DNA of 59,326 nucleotides, filler included, from 5 parts of 5 records of this genome joined end to end with filler, not necessarily neighbours in it; one strand, 5' to 3'; shown: positions 16,189-25,683, counted from the first letter of the whole stretch. Notes: a model not told the origin generated them from the sequence alone. Numbers and translations are program-made.

Positions 16189-18645
16189 ATGAGCAACCCA
16201 TTCGACGATATTCCCTTTGATGATGGGCCTAGCGCACCGCGAAGCAGCGGCAAAGAACATGCCGGTTCCGGCATTGCCGCGCGTGCAATGGCAGCGCGTA
16301 GCACACCCAATTATCTTGAAGGGCTAAACCCTGAACAGCGCCGCGCGGTGGAAACCACCGAAGGGCCTGTGCTTGTGCTCGCCGGTGCAGGAACCGGCAA
16401 AACACGTGTTTTAACAACGCGCATCGCGCATATTTTGGCAATGGGCAATGCCTATCCAAGCCAAATCCTCGCTGTGACCTTTACCAATAAAGCAGCGAGG
16501 GAAATGAAAAACCGCATTGGCGTGCTCGTTGGCGGCGCAGTTGAAGGTATGCCATGGCTTGGCACGTTCCACTCCATCGGCGTTAAAATTCTGCGCAAAC
16601 ATGCAGAGCTTGTCGGCCTTAAATCTGATTTTTCTATTCTTGATACCGATGATCAAATTCGCCTGATTAAACAGCTTATTCAGGCAGACGGCATTGATGA
16701 TAAGCGCTGGCCCGCACGCACTTTTGCCCATTTGCTCGATAGCTGGAAAAACAAAGGCTGGGGTCCATCCGATATTCCAGAAGGTGAGGCCCGCGCTTTT
16801 GCCAATGGAAAGGGACGCGAACTTTTTACCGCCTATCAAGACCGCTTGCGCACCTTAAACGCCACCGATTTTGGCGATCTTCTGTGCTACCCAATTCGCA
16901 TTTTAAAGAACCATCCCGATGTGCTGGCCGAATACCACGCCAAGTTCAAATATATCCTTGTTGACGAGTATCAAGATACCAACGTCGCCCAATATATGTG
17001 GCTGCGCCTGCTCTCACAGCGTCCGAAAGGCACGCCCACAAATATCTGCTGCGTGGGCGATGATGACCAATCTATCTATGGCTGGCGCGGCGCAGAAGTT
17101 GACAATATTTTGCGCTTCGAAAAAGACTTTGTCGGCGCAGCCGTCATCAAACTTGAACGCAATTATCGCTCAACCGCGCATATTTTGGGCGCAGCATCGC
17201 ATTTGATTTCACACAATGAAGATCGCTTGGGCAAAACGCTTTTCACAGATGCGCCCGATATTGATGACCCCAAAGTGCAAGTTCATGCTGCATGGGATTC
17301 AGAAGAAGAAGCCCGCGCTGTTGGCGATCTAATCGAAACGCTGCACCGCGATGATCATAATCTCAACGATATGGCCATTCTCGTGCGCGCATCGTTTCAG
17401 ATGCGAGAGTTTGAGGACCGTTTTGTAACACTCGGCGTCAACTACCGCGTGATCGGCGGACCGCGCTTCTATGAACGCTTAGAAATACGCGATGCAATGG
17501 CGTTTTTGCGGGTTACCTGCCAGCCAGCCGATGATCTTGCCTTTGAGCGGATTATCAACACGCCAAAGCGCGGCATTGGCGATACGTCTGTTCGCCAAAT
17601 CCGCGAATATGCGCGCCATAAAAACATTCCAATGCTGGCCGCGGTCAGTGAAATGGTTGTCACCGACGAACTAAAGCCGAAACAACGCGCATCATTGCGC
17701 GAAGTCGTCGACAATTTTGACCGCTGGGCCAAAGCGCTTGATAAAACCCCGCCATTTGAACTTGCTGAAACCATTTTGGATGAAAGCGGTTATACCGCCA
17801 TGTGGCAGGCCGATCGCAGCGCTGAAGCGCCGGGCCGCCTAGAAAACTTAAAAGAGCTGATCACCTCCATTAGCGAATATGAGAGCATGCGCTCATTCCT
17901 TGAGCATGTGTCACTGGTCATGGACGCGGAGAAAAACGCCGATACGGACGCGGTGTCCATCATGACTTTGCATGCGGCCAAGGGCCTTGAGTTTAAAACC
18001 GTCTTTCTGCCTGGCTTTGAAGAGGGCCTGTTCCCGCACCAGCGTTCACTCGATGAAGGCGGGCGCAGCGGCTTGGAAGAAGAACGCCGCCTCGCCTATG
18101 TCGGCCTCACCCGCGCCAAAGTGAACTGCCATATCTGGTTTGTCTCCAACCGCCGTATTCACGGCCTTTGGCAATCAACCATTCCATCGCGCTTTTTAGA
18201 TGAGCTGCCGCTTGCCCACGTCGATGTGGCTGAACCGCCAAACTCTTACGGCGGCAGCTATGGACAATCGCGCTTTGACAAGGCTGAACCATTTACCAAT
18301 TCCTATTCAACGCCTGGATGGGCGCGTGCGCAGGCAAACAAAACCGAAGCAACGCGCACCAATTGGGGTTCGCGCTCGGGCGCAAATGTTGAACGCATCG
18401 GCTATGGCGAAACCGAGAGTTCACGCGGCGCCGGTCGCGGCTCTATCAAAGGCCGTGTGATCGAAGGAGAATTGGTTGCAAAATCTGTCGCAGACACGCC
18501 CTCAGAATTTGAAGTTGGCGACCGCGTTTTCCATCAAAAATTTGGCAACGGCAATGTTGCCAATATCGATGGAAACAAGCTGACAATCAATTTCGACAAA
18601 GCGGGCGAGAAAAAAGTGCTCGATGGCTTTGTTCAAAAAGCCTAG
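16189..18645 (+). CDS. uvrD: ATP-dependent DNA helicase UvrD/PcrA
   Basis: AGAGTGKT, TFTNKAA, VDEYQD, GDDDQSIY, TLHAAKGLEF, EEERRLAYV and a C-terminal Tudor-like GDRVFHQKFG. Confidence 0.96.
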   Translation: MSNPFDDIPFDDGPSAPRSSGKEHAGSGIAARAMAARSTPNYLEGLNPEQRRAVETTEGPVLVLAGAGTGKTRVLTTRIAHILAMGNAYPSQILAVTFTNKAAREMKNRIGVLVGGAVEGMPWLGTFHSIGVKILRKHAELVGLKSDFSILDTDDQIRLIKQLIQADGIDDKRWPARTFAHLLDSWKNKGWGPSDIPEGEARAFANGKGRELFTAYQDRLRTLNATDFGDLLCYPIRILKNHPDVLAEYHAKFKYILVDEYQDTNVAQYMWLRLLSQRPKGTPTNICCVGDDDQSIYGWRGAEVDNILRFEKDFVGAAVIKLERNYRSTAHILGAASHLISHNEDRLGKTLFTDAPDIDDPKVQVHAAWDSEEEARAVGDLIETLHRDDHNLNDMAILVRASFQMREFEDRFVTLGVNYRVIGGPRFYERLEIRDAMAFLRVTCQPADDLAFERIINTPKRGIGDTSVRQIREYARHKNIPMLAAVSEMVVTDELKPKQRASLREVVDNFDRWAKALDKTPPFELAETILDESGYTAMWQADRSAEAPGRLENLKELITSISEYESMRSFLEHVSLVMDAEKNADTDAVSIMTLHAAKGLEFKTVFLPGFEEGLFPHQRSLDEGGRSGLEEERRLAYVGLTRAKVNCHIWFVSNRRIHGLWQSTIPSRFLDELPLAHVDVAEPPNSYGGSYGQSRFDKAEPFTNSYSTPGWARAQANKTEATRTNWGSRSGANVERIGYGETESSRGAGRGSIKGRVIEGELVAKSVADTPSEFEVGDRVFHQKFGNGNVANIDGNKLTINFDKAGEKKVLDGFVQKA

Positions 18646-18682
18646 CGCGTTGCATTGATTTTCACATACAACCTATGATTTA

Positions 18683-18713
18683 GCGTGACTTCCCAATTAG
18701 TTAGGAGGCACGC
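18683..18713 (+). terminator. Hairpin downstream of uvrD (possible terminator)
   Basis: GCGTG-A-CTTCC...GGAGG-CACGC followed by AATTTT. Confidence 0.4.
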
Positions 18714-18748
18714 AATTTTATCAATTTTGGTCATTTGATTCGTAAAAA

Positions 18749-18762
18749 TACAACATGTTGTA
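18749..18762. promoter_or_regulatory. Perfect palindrome upstream of the small ORF-luxR unit
   Basis: TACAACATGTTGTA. Confidence 0.5.
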
Positions 18763-18817
18763 GGGCGGAAAATTTCAAAACTGCTGTTAACTGAGGTCAG
18801 ATAAAAAGGATCTCATC

Positions 18818-19060
18818 ATGCCATACACGCAATTTAAAAAAGGCGACTACAAGAAGCAAAGCCCTAAGGAGCAGGCGATCAGAGCGTTCGAAATCGCGAC
18901 CAGCCTGCGCGCTATGCTTTTAACCAATGAATTATTATCACATATTGAGGTTGAACCGGTTGAGAATTTGCTTGATAGCTTGGAGAGTGTCGTCATTGAC
19001 CTAAGCAAAGCAGATATTTACAGCTATGAGAATCCTCCTCGCGCCGAAATTCAAACCTAG
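18818..19060 (+). CDS. Hypothetical 80-aa protein overlapping the luxR start
   Basis: ATG preceded by an AAGGA RBS. Amphipathic helical sequence. 35-nt overlap with luxR. Confidence 0.6.
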   Translation: MPYTQFKKGDYKKQSPKEQAIRAFEIATSLRAMLLTNELLSHIEVEPVENLLDSLESVVIDLSKADIYSYENPPRAEIQT

Positions 19061-19751
19061 TCTTTTCGGGGAAAAATTCACCCCCGAGCTACTGTCTATT
19101 TTTGAACATGCGCGCGACGATCTTGATTGCCTCAATGTATCATTTTGGGGAACACGCAATGACAGCAAAACGCCGCGCCTTGATGGCAGTGTCGTCGCCA
19201 GCACCTATCCAATTTCTTGGATCCAGAAATACGCGATATTTGGCTATTCGAGCATCGACCCTGTTGTCACAGAATCGATGTTTACCAATGCGGTTAAATT
19301 GACCGATTTCACACAGCCCGCACCAGACGGGCTGGAATCATTTTACAAAGCCGTTCGCAACGCAAAAATTGGTGAGTTCAGCATCTCGGTTCCCATCCAT
19401 TTTTCTAGCGATATACGCAGCGTTTCAACTTTCATGTTTTCTGCGGCAAAAAACACAAAAGTCATCGGCAACCACGAAAATTTAGCCAAAGCGCGTGAAC
19501 ACGCCCATCGCATGGCCGATTTCATTTTCATGCAGAGTGGCGAAGCCAAAAAAGCGCAGCCAAAGCTAACAACACGCGAGACTGCTATCCTCAAAGCACT
19601 CGCCAAAGGCCAAACCTACCAAGAAATAGCCACCATGCTCGACCTGTCACGATGGACCATTGTTGCCCATGCCAAAAGCGCGCGCACAAAACTAGGCGCG
19701 AGAAGCAATTCTGAAGCGGTGAGCCTTGGACAAGAGCAAAATATAATTTAG
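19026..19751 (+). CDS. luxR: LuxR-family AHL-binding transcriptional regulator
   Basis: Autoinducer-binding STYPISWIQKY...IDPVV and C-terminal HTH LTTRE...GQTYQEIATMLDLSRWTI...ARTKLGA. Confidence 0.9.
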   Translation: MRILLAPKFKPSLFGEKFTPELLSIFEHARDDLDCLNVSFWGTRNDSKTPRLDGSVVASTYPISWIQKYAIFGYSSIDPVVTESMFTNAVKLTDFTQPAPDGLESFYKAVRNAKIGEFSISVPIHFSSDIRSVSTFMFSAAKNTKVIGNHENLAKAREHAHRMADFIFMQSGEAKKAQPKLTTRETAILKALAKGQTYQEIATMLDLSRWTIVAHAKSARTKLGARSNSEAVSLGQEQNII

Positions 19752-19816
19752 CAACTTTTGGTTGCATTTTTTCAATAGTGGGCTTAACACAACTCATAGT
19801 TGTTAGGAGAGCCGCT

Positions 19817-20410
19817 ATGATTATCCATGTAGAAGAGCGTGATCGCGCACGCTACGCCGATGAACTCCATCAATATTTCAAGCTGCGTAAGAAGGTTTTT
19901 TACGACGAGCTAAACTGGGACGTCATTGCCGATGGCGACATTGAGCGTGACCTGTTGGATGATGCCCCATGCACCTACACACTTTATTTGGGCGATGATG
20001 GCACCGTTCAAGGCGGCGCACGGCTCATTCCCACAACACAAACAACATTGCTGGAAATGGCTTTTGACGGGCTTGTTCCCGAAGATATTTCCTTCAGATC
20101 GCCCACAATCTGGGAAAGTTCGCGTTATTGCGTCAATCATGACACCGCAAAAAGCCGCATGTCTTCCGGCGCAAAAAGAGCGACCCTCGGCATTTCCATC
20201 GGCAATGTTGATTACGCTCTAGCCAACGGTATCACCCATTACATCGCAGTCGTTGAGGCCCGCCTCTTCCGCTTTTCACAAAACTACAATGCCGACGTTG
20301 AAATTTTGGGCGAAAAGAGAATTGGCGATTGCGACGTTATCTGTGCGCTTTACACCATGTCTGAAAAGACACTGGACACGATTAAATATCTGCGCCCAAT
20401 GGTGACATGA
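19817..20410 (+). CDS. luxI: Acyl-homoserine-lactone synthase
   Basis: LRKKVFYDELNW, ERDLLD, GGARLIPT and WESSRYCV. AGGAG RBS before ATG 19817. Confidence 0.93.
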   Translation: MIIHVEERDRARYADELHQYFKLRKKVFYDELNWDVIADGDIERDLLDDAPCTYTLYLGDDGTVQGGARLIPTTQTTLLEMAFDGLVPEDISFRSPTIWESSRYCVNHDTAKSRMSSGAKRATLGISIGNVDYALANGITHYIAVVEARLFRFSQNYNADVEILGEKRIGDCDVICALYTMSEKTLDTIKYLRPMVT

Positions 20411-20529
20411 AAGTTAAATACAACCTTTAATTGCATCGGTTAAGCGCCGATCAATCGACCGCACTTAAAATTTGCAATTTGAATACAGCGCTGACAACCG
20501 TTATAATCGCCCCATAAAATGGGTGTAAA

Positions 20530-20706
20530 ATGGACCAAAACGCGATCAATGACGAGAAGACCGCAGCAGAGGCGCAAAACTATGCGCCTTATGTTGCAAC
20601 GGCGATTATCAGCCTGATCGCATTGCTCGGCATGGCATTTTGGCTATTGGCTGGCCCAAACCTATTCTACTCCCTCATCAAAACTGGCCTATCGTGGTGC
20701 TTCTAG
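20530..20706 (+). CDS. Small membrane protein (58 aa), not in the ORF track
   Basis: MDQNAINDEKTAAEAQNYAPYVATAIISLIALLGMAFWLLAGPNLFYSLIKTGLSWCF: one clear TM helix, fills the gap before SCO. Confidence 0.7.
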   Translation: MDQNAINDEKTAAEAQNYAPYVATAIISLIALLGMAFWLLAGPNLFYSLIKTGLSWCF

Positions 20707-20777
20707 TCCCTGCGCCAATTAGCGCGGGTGGCATTTACAAAAAATTGCCTTAAAAGAGCGCAAAAAGGGATCAAATC

Positions 20778-21350
20778 ATGCGCCTCATTTTCTCATTATT
20801 GCTTATCGCAATCGCCGCCACGCTCGGTTTTGTTGGCTATACTTGGTACAATACGCAAAATAGCGATACACCTTATGGTGTGCCATTTTCACTTGTGGAC
20901 CAAAACGGCGCGCCCATCACAGAAGCTGCCTTTCGCGGCCATCCAACGGTTCTGTTTTTCGGCTTTACCCATTGCCCTGAAATCTGTCCAACGACGATCT
21001 ATGAACTCAATGGCTGGTTCGAGACACTTGGCGATGAAGCAAAGGATGTAAAAGCCTATTTCGTCACCATTGACCCTGAGCGTGATACACCCGAGATCTT
21101 GGGCAACTATCTTTCAAGCGTGACTGACCGCGTTATCGGCATAACTGGCGATCCTGACAAAGTGCGTGAAATGGCGTCTGGTTTTGGCATCTATTTTAAG
21201 CGCCAAGATTTGGACGATGGCGACTATACGATGGACCATACGGCATCGGTCATCTTGCTCGATTCAAATGGCGTGTTCCGAAAAACCATTGCATGGGGCG
21301 AGAACACAGACACAGCGGTTGAAAAAATACGCGCAATCGCCAAGCAATAA
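20778..21350 (+). CDS. SCO family copper chaperone
   Basis: FFGFTHCPEICP (CxxxC), TIDPERD and YTMDHTA. Confidence 0.94.
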   Translation: MRLIFSLLLIAIAATLGFVGYTWYNTQNSDTPYGVPFSLVDQNGAPITEAAFRGHPTVLFFGFTHCPEICPTTIYELNGWFETLGDEAKDVKAYFVTIDPERDTPEILGNYLSSVTDRVIGITGDPDKVREMASGFGIYFKRQDLDDGDYTMDHTASVILLDSNGVFRKTIAWGENTDTAVEKIRAIAKQ

Positions 21351-21442
21351 TGGTGCATGCCGCATCTTTTTCATGGTCAAGCAGAGAGCTTTGGCAGTAA
21401 AGACACAGTGTAATCACCCCTAGAAGTTCTCGAAAGCCAACA

Positions 21443-22345
21443 ATGTCACAAACGCTCATCAAGTTCCGCACCACGAAATCGGAAATCGAACATATGTTTG
21501 ATGTCCTGGAGCGTGACTTTGAAGAACAAGGCCTTGGCATGGCCATCATGGAGATCGACGAAAACGCCGATATCCATGAGTTTTCCATCTATGTTGATAA
21601 TGATGATGAACTGATTGATGCAACGCGCACCCGTATTCTTTTCCGCCTAAGCGAAAACAACATTCAAACAGATGTTGAAGTAGAAGCCCTGCCGGACATT
21701 GATTGGGTGGCAAAATCGCTTGAAGGCCTAAAGCCTGTGCGTGCGGGTCGTTTTCTCGTCCATGGTGCGCATGACCGCGAATCTGTCCGCCCAACCGACA
21801 TCGCCATCGAAATTGACGCGGGCCAAGCATTTGGCACGGGACACCATGGCACGACCAGCGGCTGCCTCATCATGCTTGATCGCTTGATCCGCAAACGCCA
21901 ACCGCACAACAGTCTTGATCTCGGCGCTGGCAGCGCGGTCTTGGCGATTGCCATTGCAAAACTAGCACATACGCCTGTTCTAGCCACTGACATTGACCCG
22001 ATTGCTGTGAAGGTCGCGCGCGAAAACGTTGCTCTAAATGGCGAAACACGCACCATTCGCTGCGAAACGTCCATCGGCCTGCGCCATCGCGCCTTTATTG
22101 AAACCGGTCCGTTTGATTTGATCGTCGCCAACATCTTGCCTTGGCCGCTCATGGCGATGGCCAGCGATATTGAAGCCAACCTCGCCTATGGCGGCGATTT
22201 GGTTCTGTCGGGCATTTTGACCCATCAACGTAATATGGTTTTAGCGGCCTTTAGAAACAGGGGCCTTTATCATCGCTCGACGATTGAGCGCGAAGGCTGG
22301 GTGACGCTGCATCTTGGCCGTGGCAGCGGCAACGCTAAGCTGTAA
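21443..22345 (+). CDS. prmA: Ribosomal protein L11 methyltransferase
   Basis: IDAGQAFGTGHHGTT, LDLGAGSAVLAIA, TDIDP and DLIVANIL. Confidence 0.93.
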   Translation: MSQTLIKFRTTKSEIEHMFDVLERDFEEQGLGMAIMEIDENADIHEFSIYVDNDDELIDATRTRILFRLSENNIQTDVEVEALPDIDWVAKSLEGLKPVRAGRFLVHGAHDRESVRPTDIAIEIDAGQAFGTGHHGTTSGCLIMLDRLIRKRQPHNSLDLGAGSAVLAIAIAKLAHTPVLATDIDPIAVKVARENVALNGETRTIRCETSIGLRHRAFIETGPFDLIVANILPWPLMAMASDIEANLAYGGDLVLSGILTHQRNMVLAAFRNRGLYHRSTIEREGWVTLHLGRGSGNAKL

Positions 22346-22368
22346 CAGCCTTCACAATCCACTTAAAC

Positions 22369-22398
22369 AAAAATGGCGACCCAAAGGTCGCCATTTTT
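22369..22398. terminator. Bidirectional rho-independent terminator
   Basis: AAAAATGGCGACC-CAAA-GGTCGCCATTTTT between convergent genes. Confidence 0.9.
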
Positions 22399-22441
22399 AT
22401 GATATCAAAGCGATATCACCAATTCTATTTTAAGCCTAAGC

Positions 22442-22621
22442 TTAGAACGGGTAGTAAGCGACTGGCTTGTTCTGCAAATCTTTACGGTTGTAGCCGTGTG
22501 ATTTCAAAGTGCTGTCGTCTAGCATAAGCAATGCACCGTTCACATAAGCGTTTGCTTGGCGTGTGCGCGCGTTGACCATTGCGTCGAATGCTGAACTCAT
22601 AAAGTTTTTACGCTGTGCCAT
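22442..22621 (-). CDS. Small protein (59 aa), DUF1127-like
   Basis: GGAG RBS. ARTRQANAYVNGALLMLDDSTLKSHGYNRKDL resembles the LxxLDDxxLxDxGxxR pattern of DUF1127. Confidence 0.65.
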   Translation of the reverse strand: MAQRKNFMSSAFDAMVNARTRQANAYVNGALLMLDDSTLKSHGYNRKDLQNKPVAYYPF

Positions 22622-22707
22622 TTTTATTCTCCAACTTGTTACGTCTAATTCTTGAACCCAATATGCGCTCATTTAAAAAAATGACCACGGACAATGCAGC
22701 AACGAAG

Positions 22708-22725
22708 CCATGCAGAAATGCATGG
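22708..22725. promoter_or_regulatory. Inverted repeat in the divergent promoter region
   Basis: CCATGCA-GAAA-TGCATGG. Confidence 0.4.
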
Positions 22726-22832
22726 ACTGAAAACCGCTGTGCAAACACATTGTTAATAGGTTCTGCATTTGCCAATTAAATTGAAGGAAGCGGCCACCTC
22801 CTATAGGGATGATGACAACAACGGAGCGGCCC

Positions 22833-24662
22833 ATGTTTCAAAAATTCGACACACCTTCACAAAAAGCAAAAACACCAAACCGCGTTGCTGCGCTGCGCGC
22901 TGAAATGCGCCGCTTAAACATTGATGCTTTCATCGTGCCGCACAGCGATGAATATCAAAATGAATATTTACCAGACCGCGCCGAGCGTCTGTCATGGATC
23001 ACCGGCTTTACCGGTTCAGCAGGCGCAGCCATCATTCTGCAAGACAGCGCGCATATCTTCACTGATGGGCGTTATACGCTGCAGGTGCGCGAGCAAAGCG
23101 ATCCGGCAATTTTTCAAACCCATGATAGCGTTGCCGCTGGCGCAAGCCTTGGTTTGGAAAACTGGGCGAGCAAGAACATGCGCGTCGCTGCAGACCCTTG
23201 GCTGCACACAATGGCCAGCCTTTCAGCGATTGAAAAAGCAGCCAACGGTGCAGGCGCAACCCTATTGCTTTTAGATGAAAACCCAATCGACACTGTTTGG
23301 ACAGATCAACCAGCCGCCCCCTGCAATCCTGTTTCCATTCATCCCGTTGAATTAGCTGGCGTAAAGCCAAAATCAAAATTAGCTGAAATTGCCAAAGCGG
23401 TGCGCAAACAAAGCGCAAAGGCGGTTGTGCTCACCGATCCAAGCTCGATCTGCTGGGCGTTTAATATTCGCGGCCATGATGTGGTTCACACGCCGCTTGT
23501 GCTTGCCTTTGCCATCATTCCAGCCAGCGGCGAACCAAAGCTATTCATCGATCACAAGAAACTGGCGACCCATGAACGCGCTTACCTGACGCAACTATGC
23601 GATCTTTATGTGCCGGACCAATTTGAAACCCATTTGCAACAGCTGGGCGCAGAAAAAGCATCCGTCTTGCTGGATCCCAATCTCGTTGCAGCAAAAATCG
23701 CCGATACGCTTAAAGGCGCAGGCGCTACCATCATTGAAGCCAAAGACCCTTGCAGCCTGCCCCGCGCCTGCAAAAACCGCGTTGAACGCAAAGGGGCTAT
23801 CGAAGCCCATAAGCGCGACGGCGCGGCATTAGTGACATTTTTAGCATGGCTTGATAGCCAGCCTGCCTCTGCGCTTGATGAGATAAAGATCGCCACCAAA
23901 TTAGAGCAGACACGCGCTGAAACCGGCGAACGCCTCGGCTTTCCCTTGCGCGAAATATCCTTTGATACGATCTCTGGCGCTGGGCCAAATGGCGCGATTG
24001 TCCATTACCGCGTTAATCTGGAAAGCAACCGTAAGCTCAATGATGGCGAACTGATCCTGATTGATTCCGGCGCCCAATATGATGATGGCACGACAGACAT
24101 CACCCGCGTCGTGCCCATTGGCGAACCCACAGCGGAATATCAGCGCCATTTCACGCTTGTGCTCAAAGGCATGATTGCGGTCAGCGAAGCCAAATTTCCA
24201 AAAGGCACACGCGGCGTCGATTTAGATATATTGGCGCGCGGTCCTCTTTGGGCCAATGGCCTCGATTATGCCCATGGCACGGGCCACGGCGTCGGCTCGT
24301 ATTTGAGCGTACACGAAGGCCCGCAGGGCATATCAAAACGCGCCATGACACCCTTTGAGACTGGCATGATAGTGTCAAACGAGCCAGGCTATTACAAAGA
24401 AGGTAGCCACGGCATCCGCATTGAAAATCTGCTGATTGTTGATCCGGTTAAAACGCCAAAAGACGGCGACATGGCCGTGCACGGATTTACCACGCTGACG
24501 CTTTGCCCGATTGATCGACGTTTGATCGATAAAAAGCTTCTAACGGCTGCCGAACGCCGCTGGGTCAACCGCTATCACGGCCAAGTGCAGCGCAACCTAT
24601 CAAAACTCATTGATGATGCAGCAACACTTGAATGGCTGGAAAAAGCGACAGCGCGTCTCTAA
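22833..24662 (+). CDS. Aminopeptidase P family (M24)
   Basis: DSGAQYDDGTTDITR, HGTGHGVG, VHEGP, SNEPGYY and GIRIEN. GGAG RBS before ATG 22833. Confidence 0.93.
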   Translation: MFQKFDTPSQKAKTPNRVAALRAEMRRLNIDAFIVPHSDEYQNEYLPDRAERLSWITGFTGSAGAAIILQDSAHIFTDGRYTLQVREQSDPAIFQTHDSVAAGASLGLENWASKNMRVAADPWLHTMASLSAIEKAANGAGATLLLLDENPIDTVWTDQPAAPCNPVSIHPVELAGVKPKSKLAEIAKAVRKQSAKAVVLTDPSSICWAFNIRGHDVVHTPLVLAFAIIPASGEPKLFIDHKKLATHERAYLTQLCDLYVPDQFETHLQQLGAEKASVLLDPNLVAAKIADTLKGAGATIIEAKDPCSLPRACKNRVERKGAIEAHKRDGAALVTFLAWLDSQPASALDEIKIATKLEQTRAETGERLGFPLREISFDTISGAGPNGAIVHYRVNLESNRKLNDGELILIDSGAQYDDGTTDITRVVPIGEPTAEYQRHFTLVLKGMIAVSEAKFPKGTRGVDLDILARGPLWANGLDYAHGTGHGVGSYLSVHEGPQGISKRAMTPFETGMIVSNEPGYYKEGSHGIRIENLLIVDPVKTPKDGDMAVHGFTTLTLCPIDRRLIDKKLLTAAERRWVNRYHGQVQRNLSKLIDDAATLEWLEKATARL

Positions 24663-24964
24663 CCCATAAAATGGCGCAGGACGAGAAGACATGCCCAGCC
24701 TGCAACAAACATCGGCAATGATTTAAGGCGCAATGCAAGCAACGCAACAATCACAAGCGTTAAAGTTTCCGCTGGGCCTTCAAACACCGCGTAAGGCGCA
24801 ACAATGGTGGTCAGAACGGCTGCAGGCACCGCATTCAGCGCTGCCTCAACGCGCGGATGAATACGCTCAAACCGCGATAAGATGAGATGGCCGCCAATAC
24901 GCGTCAAATAAGTGGCGACCGCACCGGCTAAAATCACCCAAACAGTTGTTGAAATATCTATCAT
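24659..24964 (-). CDS. azlD: AzlD family protein
   Basis: ATYLTRIGG...AALNAVPAAVLT; small, hydrophobic and coupled to azlC. Confidence 0.82.
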   Translation of the reverse strand: MIDISTTVWVILAGAVATYLTRIGGHLILSRFERIHPRVEAALNAVPAAVLTTIVAPYAVFEGPAETLTLVIVALLALRLKSLPMFVAGWACLLVLRHFMG

Positions 24965-25683
24965 TCGGCCAGCTCGCTTTCAGCGGGCTTGGCCAAAACA
25001 GCAGCAAGCAGAATACCCGCCGCCGCACCAATCGACACATGCCAAGGCGAACCGATATATTTATAGGCGAGCGCCGCAGCGACACCGCTGACGATAACAA
25101 TGCCCAGCCAATTGTTGCGGCCACGAAAACCCATAACAATACCGAGGAAATAGATCGCCAGCAGAAAGTCGAGACCCCAAACCCGCGGGTCTTCAATCAG
25201 CGAGCCAAACAGCGCGCCAACAATGGTCAAAACCAGCCATGCAAACCAGAATGTAAGGCCAGCGCCCATAAGCCAAGCAAAGGTCAGACGCTTGCCTTTG
25301 TCATTTTCATGTTCCATCAACGCAAATTGCGGATCGGTGAGCACGAAGAAAGAAGCATAACGCTGCCAAGGCTGCAAATGTTTGAGATAGCGGCCCGTGA
25401 CCGCAGAATATAAAATATGCCGAAAGTTCACCGCGAAAATCGACAAAACAATCAGCCATGGCGCGACGTGATTGCTAAACAGCTCCAAGCCAACCATCTG
25501 GCTTGCGCCCGCATACATCGTCATGCTCATCAACGCTGCTTCGAACACTGACAGACCGCTTTTCACGGCCAATGCGCCAAACAATGCGCCAAATGGCAAG
25601 GCGGCGATAACAGGTGGAAGCGCCGTGCGCAATCCTGCCAGGAACTCAGATTTCCATGTTACTTGCGATGATTGTGATGACAC
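24961..25683 (-). CDS. azlC: AzlC family branched-chain amino-acid exporter
   Basis: PFGALFG, YAGASQ, VNFRHILYS and LTDPQFA. Confidence 0.88.
   Translation of the reverse strand: MSSQSSQVTWKSEFLAGLRTALPPVIAALPFGALFGALAVKSGLSVFEAALMSMTMYAGASQMVGLELFSNHVAPWLIVLSIFAVNFRHILYSAVTGRYLKHLQPWQRYASFFVLTDPQFALMEHENDKGKRLTFAWLMGAGLTFWFAWLVLTIVGALFGSLIEDPRVWGLDFLLAIYFLGIVMGFRGRNNWLGIVIVSGVAAALAYKYIGSPWHVSIGAAAGILLAAVLAKPAESELAE

Noticed and set aside
19005-19060. Programmed +1 frameshift fusing the 80-aa ORF to LuxR
   Set aside because: The frames allow it, but no slippery sequence is visible in the overlap and LuxR is already full length from its own ATG.
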